A program made the position numbers and the translations under genes. This document shows, one piece after another, positions 47,138 through 56,560 of a DNA stretch of 64,000 nt. Numbering within the stretch: position 1 is the first letter of the stretch; each line of letters begins with the position of its first letter. Source of the stretch: an uncultured candidate division WPS-2 bacterium (GTDB lineage Bacteria; Vulcanimicrobiota; Vulcanimicrobiia; Vulcanimicrobiales; Vulcanimicrobiaceae); the NCBI GenBank assembly GCA_937927945.1, contig CALEYW010000092.1, positions 25,469 through 89,468 of the forward strand. The letters are read 5' to 3'. Below the pieces are notes generated by a model that saw nothing but the letters and a program-made list of their open reading frames with translations, ran no database searches and was not told the origin of the DNA.

Positions 47138-49777
47138 TCACAGGCCGCGGAGAGCGGCGACGACGGCACCGCCCGTCGCGCGCCGCACGAGCGCGACGGC
47201 GACCGCGCTCGATACACCCGCCGCCAACAGCAAGAGGCCGAGATACGCCCACGGCACGGTGAGCGCCGCCGGCGGCGGATCGAAGACGCCGGTGAGGATG
47301 ACGACGAGCACATGCGCCACGGCGAAGCCGAGCGCGATCCCGAAGACGGCGCCCGGGACGACGATCGTGAGCGCTTCGCCGGTGAGGAACGCGCGCAGCT
47401 GACGCGCCGACGCGCCGAGCGCGGAGAGCACCGCGAACGTGCGCAGCCGTTCCGCGAAACCGAGCGCGAGCATGAGGCCGGTGCCGGCTGCGACGAACAG
47501 CACCGCGAACGCGAGCTCGATCGCCGTCAGACCGCGTACGTCGACCGCCGTCAACGTCGATCCGATCGTCCGTTGGGTCTGGACGATGTCGGTGACCCTC
47601 GCACCGGGGATCGCGGCGGCGAGACGGCGCGCTGCGGCAGCGACGGAACCGACGGCGCCGGGATCGGTCCGCAGCAGGACGATCTCGGCCGCGCCGGCAT
47701 GCGTCTGCCGCGCGACGTAGCTCGCGTTCGCGACCAGGAACGAATCGTGCGGGGCCGTGGGGAACTCGCGGCTGACGCCGACGAAATGGAAGCGCACCGG
47801 CACGTACCGATGGGTGCGCGCGTCCTGCAAGCGCAGCATCAGCGGGTCGCCGAGGTGCAGTTGATACGTCTGCACGGTCTCTTCGGAGACGAGCACGCCG
47901 TCGGGCGTCGCGTCCAGCGTCGCGAGCGTCGCAGCCGCGTTGTCGTTGCCGAAGAACGCGTCGGACATCGGCGTCGCGTTCCCAATCGTTCGCGGATCGA
48001 TGCCGTACACGTCCTGCAGGTCGTTGCCCACGAAAGCGAAGCGGTGCTGCATCGGCTCGGCGGCGCGCACGCCCGGAATCGCCCGCGCCTGCGCGAGGAT
48101 GCGCGACGGCGGCGCGGCGGTCGAGCCGGCGATCGTCACGTCCGCGCCGTTGGTGAGCTCGGCATCGACGCGCGATTGCGCGGCGTAGGTCGCGTTGAAG
48201 ACCGCGGTCGAAACGCCGAAGGCGAACGCGAGTCCGGTCAGCAGCGCGCCGCGCGTGACGAGCCGCTGCCGGCGTGCGAGCGTCGCTGCGACGACGCCGG
48301 CCAGCCGTCCGGCCGCGCCCGCGAGCGCCGCACGCAAGGCGTGCCGGGCACGTGCCAGCGCGAGCCGCACGAGCCGCGCGACGAGCAGCGCCGTGCCGAG
48401 CCACAAGAACAGTGGCGCGAGGAAGGCGTCGTAGTGCACCGACGCCTGAGGCACACCTTCCGGCGCGAGCACGACCTGATACCCGGTGCGCGCCGTCTGC
48501 CAGAACGCGACGGCGGCGATGGCCAGCGCGACACCGTCGAGCCCGAGACGTTCCCACAGCGGCGCGGCCGGCCGGCCGATCGCGCGGCGGGCCTTGGCGA
48601 CCGTGGTGTTGCGAGCGGCAAGCCACGCGGGGACGAGCACCGCGCCGGCGGCGAGGACGACGCCGCACGCGGCCGCGCCGGCGATCCAGCGAAGTTGCGT
48701 CACGAACGCGGCGCCGTCGAACGCAGCGACGACTGCGATCCCGACCAGGATCCCGCCGACGCCGACGGTGGCCGCTTCGACCGCGGCGAAGCGCAGCAGT
48801 TGCGCCGTCGACGCGCCGCGCACGCGCAGCAGCGCCTGCTCGCGCGCACGGCGACCGCCGCCGGAGGCGGCGACCGCGATGGTGAGGAGCGTGGCCAGCA
48901 CGACGCCGGGCATCCCGAGGAACAGGAACAGCACGCGCGCGTAGAGTGCGTCGGCATTCGCGCCGAGCAGCTTCGCGGCAAGGTTGTCGCCGACGATCCC
49001 GCTGCCGGCGATCCGCGCTTCGAGGTTGTGCGCGCGCGCCGTCACCTCGTCGTACGCGGCGAGCGGGTCGGACGGCAGCGTGTCGTGCGCGACGCGCACG
49101 TGGTACTGCAGCCGCGTCGAGTCCGGGCGAACGACGGCTTGCCGGTCGAACTCCGCATGCCAGCGCCTCTGGGGGAGCAGCAGCACGTTGTCCGGCGGCG
49201 CTTGCGGCGCGGCGCCCGGCGGCAGCCCGATCGCTTGGAAGAACGTGTCGATGTCGGGCATCGCAACGATGCCGTCGATCCGCACGCGCAGCGGCGGCAC
49301 GCCGATCCCGCGTACGGTCACGACGTCACCGACGCTCGCATGGAGGTTCGCGGCCGTCTGCCCGAAGAGCAGTGCGCCTTCCCGTGCGCCGATGTTCGGA
49401 CGCACCTCGTTCGGAAACGCGGCGGCGTAACCCGGCGGTAGTCCGACCACTTTGCCCGCGCCGGTCGTCTGCGTGCTGCCTTGCTGCGTCGACTCGAAAC
49501 CCGCGACGTCGGCGTAGTACACCGGTTTGATGACGGTAACCGGCGTCGCATGGACGATCGCGTCGCGGACCATGGCGGGATCGACGCCGCCACTCGGCTG
49601 CACCTGCCAGTCGACGTTGATCCCGGCAGTGACCTGAGCGGTCATCGTCGCGGCGCTGTTGGCGACGTGCGCGCCGAGGATGCCGAGCAGCGCGACCGCT
49701 AAAGCGACGCCCGCGATCGCGCCCGCGAGGCGTGCCGACGCGCGTCCGGCGATCCCGCGCAGCCAGATGGCGATCAT
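47138..49777 (-). CDS. ABC transporter permease with two tandem FtsX modules and two large extracytoplasmic domains
   Basis: The protein is 879 aa from ATG at 49777 (ATGA overlap with the upstream stop). It has two FtsX-type 4-TM units, each with an '[18 protein letters not shown]' loop. Total TM count (possibly 10) was not determined. The upstream 153 codons of the ORF are Arg-rich overlap. Confidence 0.8.
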   Translation of the reverse strand: MIAIWLRGIAGRASARLAGAIAGVALAVALLGILGAHVANSAATMTAQVTAGINVDWQVQPSGGVDPAMVRDAIVHATPVTVIKPVYYADVAGFESTQQGSTQTTGAGKVVGLPPGYAAAFPNEVRPNIGAREGALLFGQTAANLHASVGDVVTVRGIGVPPLRVRIDGIVAMPDIDTFFQAIGLPPGAAPQAPPDNVLLLPQRRWHAEFDRQAVVRPDSTRLQYHVRVAHDTLPSDPLAAYDEVTARAHNLEARIAGSGIVGDNLAAKLLGANADALYARVLFLFLGMPGVVLATLLTIAVAASGGGRRAREQALLRVRGASTAQLLRFAAVEAATVGVGGILVGIAVVAAFDGAAFVTQLRWIAGAAACGVVLAAGAVLVPAWLAARNTTVAKARRAIGRPAAPLWERLGLDGVALAIAAVAFWQTARTGYQVVLAPEGVPQASVHYDAFLAPLFLWLGTALLVARLVRLALARARHALRAALAGAAGRLAGVVAATLARRQRLVTRGALLTGLAFAFGVSTAVFNATYAAQSRVDAELTNGADVTIAGSTAAPPSRILAQARAIPGVRAAEPMQHRFAFVGNDLQDVYGIDPRTIGNATPMSDAFFGNDNAAATLATLDATPDGVLVSEETVQTYQLHLGDPLMLRLQDARTHRYVPVRFHFVGVSREFPTAPHDSFLVANASYVARQTHAGAAEIVLLRTDPGAVGSVAAAARRLAAAIPGARVTDIVQTQRTIGSTLTAVDVRGLTAIELAFAVLFVAAGTGLMLALGFAERLRTFAVLSALGASARQLRAFLTGEALTIVVPGAVFGIALGFAVAHVLVVILTGVFDPPPAALTVPWAYLGLLLLAAGVSSAVAVALVRRATGGAVVAALRGL

Positions 49778-50436
49778 GAGGCGACCTCCAAGCGGCCGCG
49801 TTCCATGCGCCACTGCGCCGGCATCTGCTGCGCGAGCCGCAGGTCGTGCGTTGCGACGACGAGCGCGGTCGACGTACGTTCCAGCAGCGGCAGCGCGACG
49901 TCGAAGAGGCGGTCCGCCGTCGCCGTATCGAGTTGCCCCGTCGGCTCGTCGGCAAGGATCAGGCGCGCCTGCTGCACGACGGCGCGAGCGAAGGCGACCC
50001 GCTGCTGCTGGCCGCCGGAGAGCTCTTCGGGAAGTTTGTCGGCAAGGTCGGCCAAACCGAACCGCTCGAGTCCTTCGCGTGCGCGTTCGCTGGCGTGACG
50101 CGGTGCGACGCCGTCGAGGCTCAGCGGGAGCGCGACGTTTTCGAGCACGGAGAGCGCCTCGATGAGGCTCTCGCGCTGGAACACGAACGCGATGCTGTGC
50201 GGACGCAGGGCCTCTCGCGGACCGAGCGCTGGCCACCCGATCGTCCCCGCGCTGGGCGTCTCGATCCCGCCGAGCAGCTGCAGCAAGGTCGACTTGCCGC
50301 TGCCCGAACGGCCGACCAGCGCGATGCGCTCACCGCCGTACACCGCGCAATCGGCGTTCGCGACGGCGATGACCGTTTCGTCGCCGACCCGATACGTGCG
50401 AGCGAGACCATGAGCCTCGACCAGCGGCTCAGCCAT
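49774..50436 (-). CDS. ABC transporter ATP-binding protein (canonical motifs, MacB/LolD-like)
   Basis: Walker A 'GRSGSGKST', signature '[14 protein letters not shown]', Walker B '[11 protein letters not shown]' and H-loop 'VATHD' are all canonical. Confidence 0.85.
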   Translation of the reverse strand: MAEPLVEAHGLARTYRVGDETVIAVANADCAVYGGERIALVGRSGSGKSTLLQLLGGIETPSAGTIGWPALGPREALRPHSIAFVFQRESLIEALSVLENVALPLSLDGVAPRHASERAREGLERFGLADLADKLPEELSGGQQQRVAFARAVVQQARLILADEPTGQLDTATADRLFDVALPLLERTSTALVVATHDLRLAQQMPAQWRMERGRLEVAS

Positions 50437-51100
50437 CGACGACGCGCCCGTCGCGCAACGTGACGACGCGATCGGCGCAGCGTGCGACGGCCGCGCTGTG
50501 TGTCGCGATCACGGCGGCGGCCCCGCCGGCGACGCGCCGGCGCAGCAGATCGAGGACCACCGTCTCGGTCGCGGCGTCGACGTCGCCCGTCGGCTCGTCG
50601 GCCAGCAGCACCGCCGGTTCGGCCGCGAGCGGAACCGCCAGCCCGGCGCGCGCGGCTTCGCCGCCGGAGAGTTGGTCCGCGCGCGAGCGCGCGCGCTCGA
50701 GCAAACCGACGGCGTCGAGCATCGCGCCGATGTCCGCCGTCGGCTTTCGCGCAAGGTGCAGCTGCAGGCGCACGTTGTCGGCGACCGACAGATGGTCGAT
50801 CAAGTTTCCCGCTTGCAGCAGCACGCCGATCGCCCGCGCGCGCAGCGCCGCGCGCCGCCATTCCGGACGGCGCGTCATGCGCTCGCCCGCGACGGCGACG
50901 ACGCCGCCGTCCGGTTCTTCCAAGCCCGCCAGACACAGCAGAAGCGTCGACTTTCCACTCCCCGAGGGTCCCATCACCGCCACCATCTCGCCCGCGGCGA
51001 CCGCGAGCGACACCCCGCGAAGCGCGAGCGTCTCGTCGTCGCCGGCGTGGTAGAAGCGGTAGACGTCGTGCGCCTCGACCGCGACGACGGAGGCGCTCAC
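50429..51100 (-). CDS. ABC transporter ATP-binding protein with a degenerate signature region
   Basis: Walker A is 'GPSGSGKST' and Walker B is 'LLADEPTGDVD'. The signature region reads 'LSGGEAARAGLAV' instead of LSGGQxQRVAIARA. GTG at 51100 overlaps the upstream stop (GTGA). There is an 8-nt overlap with the next ATPase gene. Confidence 0.8.
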   Translation of the reverse strand: MSASVVAVEAHDVYRFYHAGDDETLALRGVSLAVAAGEMVAVMGPSGSGKSTLLLCLAGLEEPDGGVVAVAGERMTRRPEWRRAALRARAIGVLLQAGNLIDHLSVADNVRLQLHLARKPTADIGAMLDAVGLLERARSRADQLSGGEAARAGLAVPLAAEPAVLLADEPTGDVDAATETVVLDLLRRRVAGGAAAVIATHSAAVARCADRVVTLRDGRVVDG

Positions 51101-51654
51101 CAGCGAAAGCTCTGCGCGATCTTCTGCCACTGATCGGCATTGTCGGCACCGTGGGGAGCCCACAGGTGCAGCACGGCTTGCCGCTCTCCTTTGACGAACA
51201 CGTAGGCCTCGTTGTCGAGCTGCACCGTTTTGCCGGTCACCGGATCGGCGAGCGATTCCGATGTGAACGTCACGCGGATCGCGCGCGTGCGCGCGACGGC
51301 GACCGGCGCGGACTTCACTCCGGACGGCCGATCGGCGACGGAGTGCAGCGCCGCTACCGCGCTCGTACGGGGACCGACGACGATCCGCACCCCGTCATAG
51401 TGCGAGGTGAACGTCGTCGACGAACCCTGGACCGTTCTGCTCCAGCCCTCCGGGATCAATACCGAGTATCCGTCGCGGGCGGTGTGGCGCACGAACGCCT
51501 GCGTGTCGGGGATGTCGCCCGCAGCATTCGGCTCGTTCTGCGCGAGCGTCGTGGGCCACGCCGACGCTGCGCTCGCGTTCCCGGAGAGCGGCGCGCCGCA
51601 TGCCAGCAGCAGGACCGGTACGACGCGGATCGGAGGCAACGCGAAGAGCTTCAC
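51097..51654 (-). CDS. Exported (possibly lipo-) protein, first gene of the ABC operon
   Basis: A signal peptide carries 'LLLACG'. The mature part ('YSVLIPEGWS...', mixed beta) loosely resembles PsbP/DcrB-like folds. I cannot make a firm family assignment. Confidence 0.5.
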   Translation of the reverse strand: MKLFALPPIRVVPVLLLACGAPLSGNASAASAWPTTLAQNEPNAAGDIPDTQAFVRHTARDGYSVLIPEGWSRTVQGSSTTFTSHYDGVRIVVGPRTSAVAALHSVADRPSGVKSAPVAVARTRAIRVTFTSESLADPVTGKTVQLDNEAYVFVKGERQAVLHLWAPHGADNADQWQKIAQSFRW

Positions 51655-51731
51655 ACGAAGCAGCGTATCCGAGCTGCATGAACCGCCGGTGAACGGCGAT
51701 GCGGTCGCTCAGGCGAGCGCCCTGCGACCCC

Positions 51732-54600
51732 TCACCACGTGTCCACGGTGCGTCGGCGCGGCGCGTCGTCCGCCTGCCGCGCTGCCAGCCGCAAGCCGCC
51801 CACGATCCAGCGGCGCGAATCGACCGGATCGATGACGTCGTCCAGCTCGAGGTGCGAGGCGACGTTGAGTCCTTTGCCGTGCTCGTACGCCTGCGCCACC
51901 ATGCGATCGAAGAGCGCTTGGCGTTCCGCCGGGTCGCTGATCGCTTCCAACTCCTTGCGGAACCCCAGCCGCACCGAACCTTCGAGGCCCATCGCACCGA
52001 ACTCGCCGGTCGGCCACGCGACCGTGAACAACCCTTCTCGAAAGCTGCCGCCGCCCATCGCCTGCGCGCCCAGACCATAGCCCTTGCGCAACACGATCGT
52101 GAAGAACGGCACCTGCAAGCTTGCGCCGGTCACGAACATTCGCGCGGCGTGCCGGACCGTGCCCGTCCGTTCGGCGTTCGGGCCAACCATGATGCCGGGC
52201 GTGTCGCACAGGAACAGAAGCGGCAAGCCGAAGGCGTCGCACAGCTGCATGAAGCGCGTGGCTTCGTCCTCGACCGCGATGTCGACCACGCCGCTGGGGA
52301 TCTGTGGTGCGAGGGCCCGACCGCGTCGGCTGCGAACGCGCCGAGACCACCGCCCTCGATCATCGCGGGACCGCCCACGCCGATCGTCGCGTTCGCCGTC
52401 GCGATGACGACGTCGCAGCATCCCAGCAGCGCTGCGTTGCCGGCGAAGCAGCGCCCCGACACGACGTCCACCCGCGGGACGAGGCCGCTCAAGCGCGCGA
52501 AGTTCGCGAAGGTCGTGACGTCGAGGCCCGAAACGAAGGTCGCGTCGGTGTCGCCCGGCCGTCCTCCGCCGCCCTCGGTGAAGAAGACCACCGGCAGGCG
52601 ATGCCGCTGCGCGAGCGCGATGAGACGATCGGTCTTCTTGTTATTGAGCGCGCCCTGCGTCCCCGCGAAGACCGTGTAGTCGTACGCCATGACGACGCAG
52701 CGCGAACGCTCCGGCGGGAATTGCGCGCCGTTGACGTCGCCGATCCCGCCGATCAGACCGTCGGCCGGGTAGTTCGCGATCAATTCGGCGACCGGCCGCC
52801 GGCGGCGCTGCGCGGGCAGTGCGAGCGCGCCGTATTCGAGAAAGCTGCCCGGATCGCATAGATCCGCGACGTTCTCTCGCGCGGTTCGTCCGCCCGCGGC
52901 ATGACGCCGTGCGATCGCCGCGGGTCGCGCCGCGTCGAGCGTCGCCGCGTGTCGCGCGCGCACCTCGGCCAGATCCGCGCGCTCGGCGTCGAGATCGACC
53001 ATGCTCGTCGCGACCCCGTGAGCGGCGTCCTCGAGCGCCGGTTCGATCGTCATCAGCACGTCGCCGCCGGCGACGACGACGTGCTCCATCTTCATCGCTT
53101 CGATCACGGCGAGCTGTGCACCGCGACGCCCGCGCACGCCGGCGAGCACGTCGATTGCGACGACGCGTCCGGCCATAGGCGCGCGCACGGCGACGACACC
53201 GTCGTCCAGCCCGGCCGCGGCGCGCGAGAGACCGTCGGACGGCTCGGCGAGTTCCGCTGCGTGCTCGTCGATGAAGCGGGTCGTCGCGCGCCACGCCGAG
53301 ACCTGTGGGTGCGCGATCAGGCGGCGCAGAAACCCGCGATTCGTCGCGACGCCTTCGACGCGGAACTCGTCGAGCGCGCGCATCGCCTTCGCGAGCGCGC
53401 CACCGGTGCCGCCGGCGGTGGCGTGGACGATGAGCTTCGCGAGCAGCGAGTCGTAGAGCGGGCTGCGCACCGAGCCCGTAAAAGCATCCGTGTCGACGCG
53501 CACGCCCGGTCCCGAGGGGATCTCGAAGACGCTCACCGTCCCGTTTGCTGGGAGCGCTTCGCCGGAGGGCAGCATCGTCTCGGCATTCACCCGCAGCTGC
53601 AGCGCGTAGCCGCGCGGCTCCGGGGGCTCGTGCGCGAGGCCGGCGGCGTCGAGCGACGCACCGCCGGCGAGCGCGAGCTGCGGGCCCACCAGATCGAGTC
53701 CGGTGACCTCTTCGGTCACCGTGCGCTCGACTTGCAGTCGCGCGTTCGCTTCGATGAATGCGAACGCACCGCCGGCCGCATCGACCAGAAACTCGCACGT
53801 CGCCAGGCCGCGCAGCGCGACCGCTGCCGCCAGACGCAGCGCGCGTCGATCAGCGCGGCGCGCAGCGACGCCTCCAGGTTCGGCGCCGGCGCGATCTCCA
53901 CCAGTTTCTGATGGCGGCGCTGCAGCGTGCACTCGCGCTCCCACAGGTGCGCGACGCGCCCCGAACCGTCGCCCGCGACTTGGACTTCGATGTGCCGTGC
54001 GTTCGGAACGATCCGCTCGACGTAGACGGCACCGTCGCCGAACGCCGCCTGCGCTTCCGAGACGGCGCGCGCGTAGGCGTCTTCGAGGTCGGCGGAGCGT
54101 TCGACCAAACGCAGCCCCCGGCCGCCGCCGCCGTGAATCGCTTTGGTCATGATCGCCGCGCCCGGCCTGAGATCGTCCAGGAAAGCCCGCGCTTGCACCA
54201 GGGTGGTCGCCCCCGAGGTTCCGGCCGGAATCGGCACGCCCAATCCGGCAGCCAGCTCGCGCGTCCGAGCCTTTTCGCCGAACCGCGCGAGCGAATCAGG
54301 CGCCTGTCCCACGAAGACGAGTCCGGCCTGCTCGCACCGCTGAGCGAAGTCCGCGCTCTCGCTGAGGAAGCCGTAACCCGGATGGAGCGCTTCGCACGCG
54401 GCGTCACGCGCAAGGCGCACGATCTGATCGCCGTCGAGGTAGGCCGAAGCGCCGCGGCCTCTCAGCGCCCGCGCTTCGTCTGCTCGCCGGACGTGCAGCG
54501 CGGCGGCGTCGTCCTCGGCGAAGATCGCGACCGTGGGGATCCCCGCCTCGGCCGCAGCGCGAGCGATCCGGATCGCGACCTCGCCGCGGTTGGCGATCAA
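51732..54600 (-). pseudogene. Single-chain biotin-dependent acyl-CoA carboxylase (BC-BCCP-CT fusion), reading frame interrupted
   Basis: The BC part reads 'LIANRGEVAIRIARAA...HPGYGFLSE...MTKAIHGGGGRGL...HIEVQV'. After a frame change near 53840 come 'FEFLVD...EANARLQVE', the BCCP 'IEAMKMEH', and CT 'MAYDYTVFAGTQG...FFTEGGGGR...GGPAMIEGGGLG'. After a second frame change near 52315 comes 'RFMQLCDAFGLPLLFLCDTPG...LRKGYGLGAQAM'. Confidence 0.6.
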
Positions 54601-54645
54601 CAGCTTCTTCAGGACGATACTTTCATCGTACCGCCTGCTTCGCGA

Positions 54646-54960
54646 TTAGGCGGCGCCGTCCCAGAGCGCGCCCAGGCGCCCGACCAAACCGGCGTCGCGC
54701 GGCTGCAGCCCGGTTCCTCTGCACACCCGGCAATCCGCCGGCGCGCACTCGGCGCAGTCGCCGCTGCCGCTGCAATGGCGGCAATCGTTTTCCCGGGTGC
54801 TGCAGCGGCGGAGCTTGCGCGGCAGCGCCCATTTTTTCGCGGCGCGAGCACGCTGCTCTTCGCGATACCGTTCCGACTCCGAGATCAGCGCACACACGCC
54901 CAGCACGGAGATGCAACCGAGTACGCCGAGCGTAAAGTCGGCGAAGGTCCGATCTTTCAT
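54646..54960 (-). CDS. Small membrane-anchored protein with a DnaJ-type CxxCxGxG zinc-finger tail
   Basis: ATG at 54960 is followed by one TM segment ('FTLGVLGCISVLGVCALI'). The tail carries 'CRHCSGSGDCAEC' and 'CRVCRGTG'. The third-codon-position G/C bias is consistent with coding sequence. Confidence 0.45.
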   Translation of the reverse strand: MKDRTFADFTLGVLGCISVLGVCALISESERYREEQRARAAKKWALPRKLRRCSTRENDCRHCSGSGDCAECAPADCRVCRGTGLQPRDAGLVGRLGALWDGAA

Positions 54961-55099
54961 CGCGTTCCCTATCGGAATTCGGTACGCGAGACTTGAGCGC
55001 GGGCGCTCGGACTGGTACGCAACCGTTCCTTTCACTGCCGAGGCGGTTCCCGTCGGTGGGTATGAGGGTCTTCGACGCTTTCACCATTTCGAGGGAATC

Positions 55100-55582
55100 A
55101 TGCAGAGTACGGACGTTCGCGACGCCGCGGCGCAAGCGATAGAAGGGTCCAAGTCGTTCCTCGGCAAGCAAGTCGACGAGCGATCCACCATGATCGGTCG
55201 GCAGATCGGAGGAATGGCGCAAGATCTGCGCCATGTCGGCGATCAGCTGCGCGCTACCGGCGTCGCCGGCGGCGCGGTCGGCTACGTCGATCGCGGCGCC
55301 GAGATGGTCGAACACCTCGGCCGGTACCTCGAGAACGCCGACAGCGACCGGCTCATCGGCGATCTCGAAACGATGGCGCGCCGTCAGCCGTGGGCGATCG
55401 CCGCCGGCGCGCTGGTGCTCGGTTTCGCGGCCTCGCGTTTCCTGAAAACCTCGAGCACGCGGCGCTACCGCGGTAGCAGCTCCTACGGCACGGCGTACCA
55501 CGCGGGAACGCCGTACGGTACGGCCTACGGAAACCGTGCGGGCGATGCGTACGAGAGCGGAGGGACGGGTTATGCGCCCTGA
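55100..55582 (+). CDS. Hypothetical protein with a C-terminal membrane anchor
   Basis: GAGGGAA precedes the ATG. A helical N-terminus is followed by 'RRQPWAIAAGALVLGFAASRFLK' and a Gly/Tyr/Ser-rich tail. It is the first gene of a three-gene overlapping set. Confidence 0.55.
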   Translation: MQSTDVRDAAAQAIEGSKSFLGKQVDERSTMIGRQIGGMAQDLRHVGDQLRATGVAGGAVGYVDRGAEMVEHLGRYLENADSDRLIGDLETMARRQPWAIAAGALVLGFAASRFLKTSSTRRYRGSSSYGTAYHAGTPYGTAYGNRAGDAYESGGTGYAP

Positions 55583-55988
55583 CGCGCCGCGTGAGGCAGA
55601 TCGCCCGATCGGCGACCTGCTGCGCGAACTCGGTGACGAGATCGCGACGTTGGTGCGCGCGGAGATCGCTCTCGCCAAAGCCGAGGTCACCGAAAAGACG
55701 AAGCCGGTCGCCGCATCCGCCGGCATGTTCGGCGGCGCGGCGCTGCTCGGCTTGGGCGCGTTCGGCGCCCTGACCGCGTTTTTGATCGCCCTGCTGGCGC
55801 TCGCACTGCAAGTGTGGGCGGCGGCGTTGATCGTCGCCGTCATCTACGGGATCGCCGCCTACGTTCTCGCGCAAAGCGGGAAGAAGAAATTGCACGAAGC
55901 GGCGCCGCTCGTTCCAGAGCAGACCGCGCAAACCGTAAAGGAAGATATCGAATGGGTAAGGACACGAGCGAAATCCGGCGCGAAATAG
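55572..55988 (+). CDS. Holin-X (holin superfamily III, formerly DUF1469) family membrane protein
   Basis: 'LLRELGDEIATLVRAEIALAKAEVTEK' is followed by two TM segments. The ATG overlaps the upstream gene by 11 nt. Confidence 0.65.
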   Translation: MRPDAPREADRPIGDLLRELGDEIATLVRAEIALAKAEVTEKTKPVAASAGMFGGAALLGLGAFGALTAFLIALLALALQVWAAALIVAVIYGIAAYVLAQSGKKKLHEAAPLVPEQTAQTVKEDIEWVRTRAKSGAK

Positions 55989-56524
55989 ATGCGACGCGCG
56001 CGCGCATGGGTGACACCGTCGAAGCCCTGGGCTACAAAGCCGACGTCCCGGCGCGGGTCAAAGACGCGGTCAGCGACCGGGTCGAAACCGTGAAAGGAAC
56101 GATCGGCGACGCGCTCGGCGGCGCGCAGCGCGCGATGAGGACTGGCGCGCTGCCTGATGCGGGCGACGTTCGCGCGGCAGCGCGCCGCGGCGTCAGCATC
56201 GCCGCCGAGAACCCGCTCGGCCTCGCCATCGGAGCGGCCGCCGTCGGGTTCCTGGCCGGCCTGCTGGTCCCGGTCACGGACTACGAGCGCAGTACCATCG
56301 GGCCGATTCGCGACGACTTGCTCGACCGCGCCCAGAGCGTCGGCGCGGACGCGCTCGAGCACGGCAAGCAAGTCTTGGCCGAAACGGCGCAGGCAGCGGT
56401 GCAAACCGCGCAGCAGTCGGCGCAAGAGCACGCGCAGCAGGTGGCGGATGAAGCCACGGGAGCGGCCGATCATATGACGACCGGCGCGCGGCCCGGCGAA
56501 TACGGCGGGCTGCCGAACGACTGA
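55952..56524 (+). CDS. DUF3618 domain protein
   Basis: 'EIRREIDATRARMGDTVEALGYKADV' is the DUF3618 N-terminal motif. There is a central TM ('LGLAIGAAAVGFLAGLLV'). AAGGAAG precedes the ATG. Confidence 0.65.
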   Translation: MGKDTSEIRREIDATRARMGDTVEALGYKADVPARVKDAVSDRVETVKGTIGDALGGAQRAMRTGALPDAGDVRAAARRGVSIAAENPLGLAIGAAAVGFLAGLLVPVTDYERSTIGPIRDDLLDRAQSVGADALEHGKQVLAETAQAAVQTAQQSAQEHAQQVADEATGAADHMTTGARPGEYGGLPND

Positions 56525-56560
56525 AGCGCCGTTAGCCGACGGCGCCGCGCTCTTCCGCGT

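Noticed and set aside
46529-49441. 970-aa + strand ORF, the longest + strand ORF in the track
   Set aside because: Only its first ~170 codons (the SBP fragment) look like protein. The remainder is antisense to the well-supported FtsX permease. It is Arg/Asp/Gly/Glu-rich with no motifs, the typical shadow ORF of GC-rich DNA.
55572-55988. A 'phage holin family' gene as evidence of a prophage or lysis cassette
   Set aside because: No endolysin, capsid, tail, terminase or integrase genes are nearby. This family commonly occurs chromosomally together with DUF3618.
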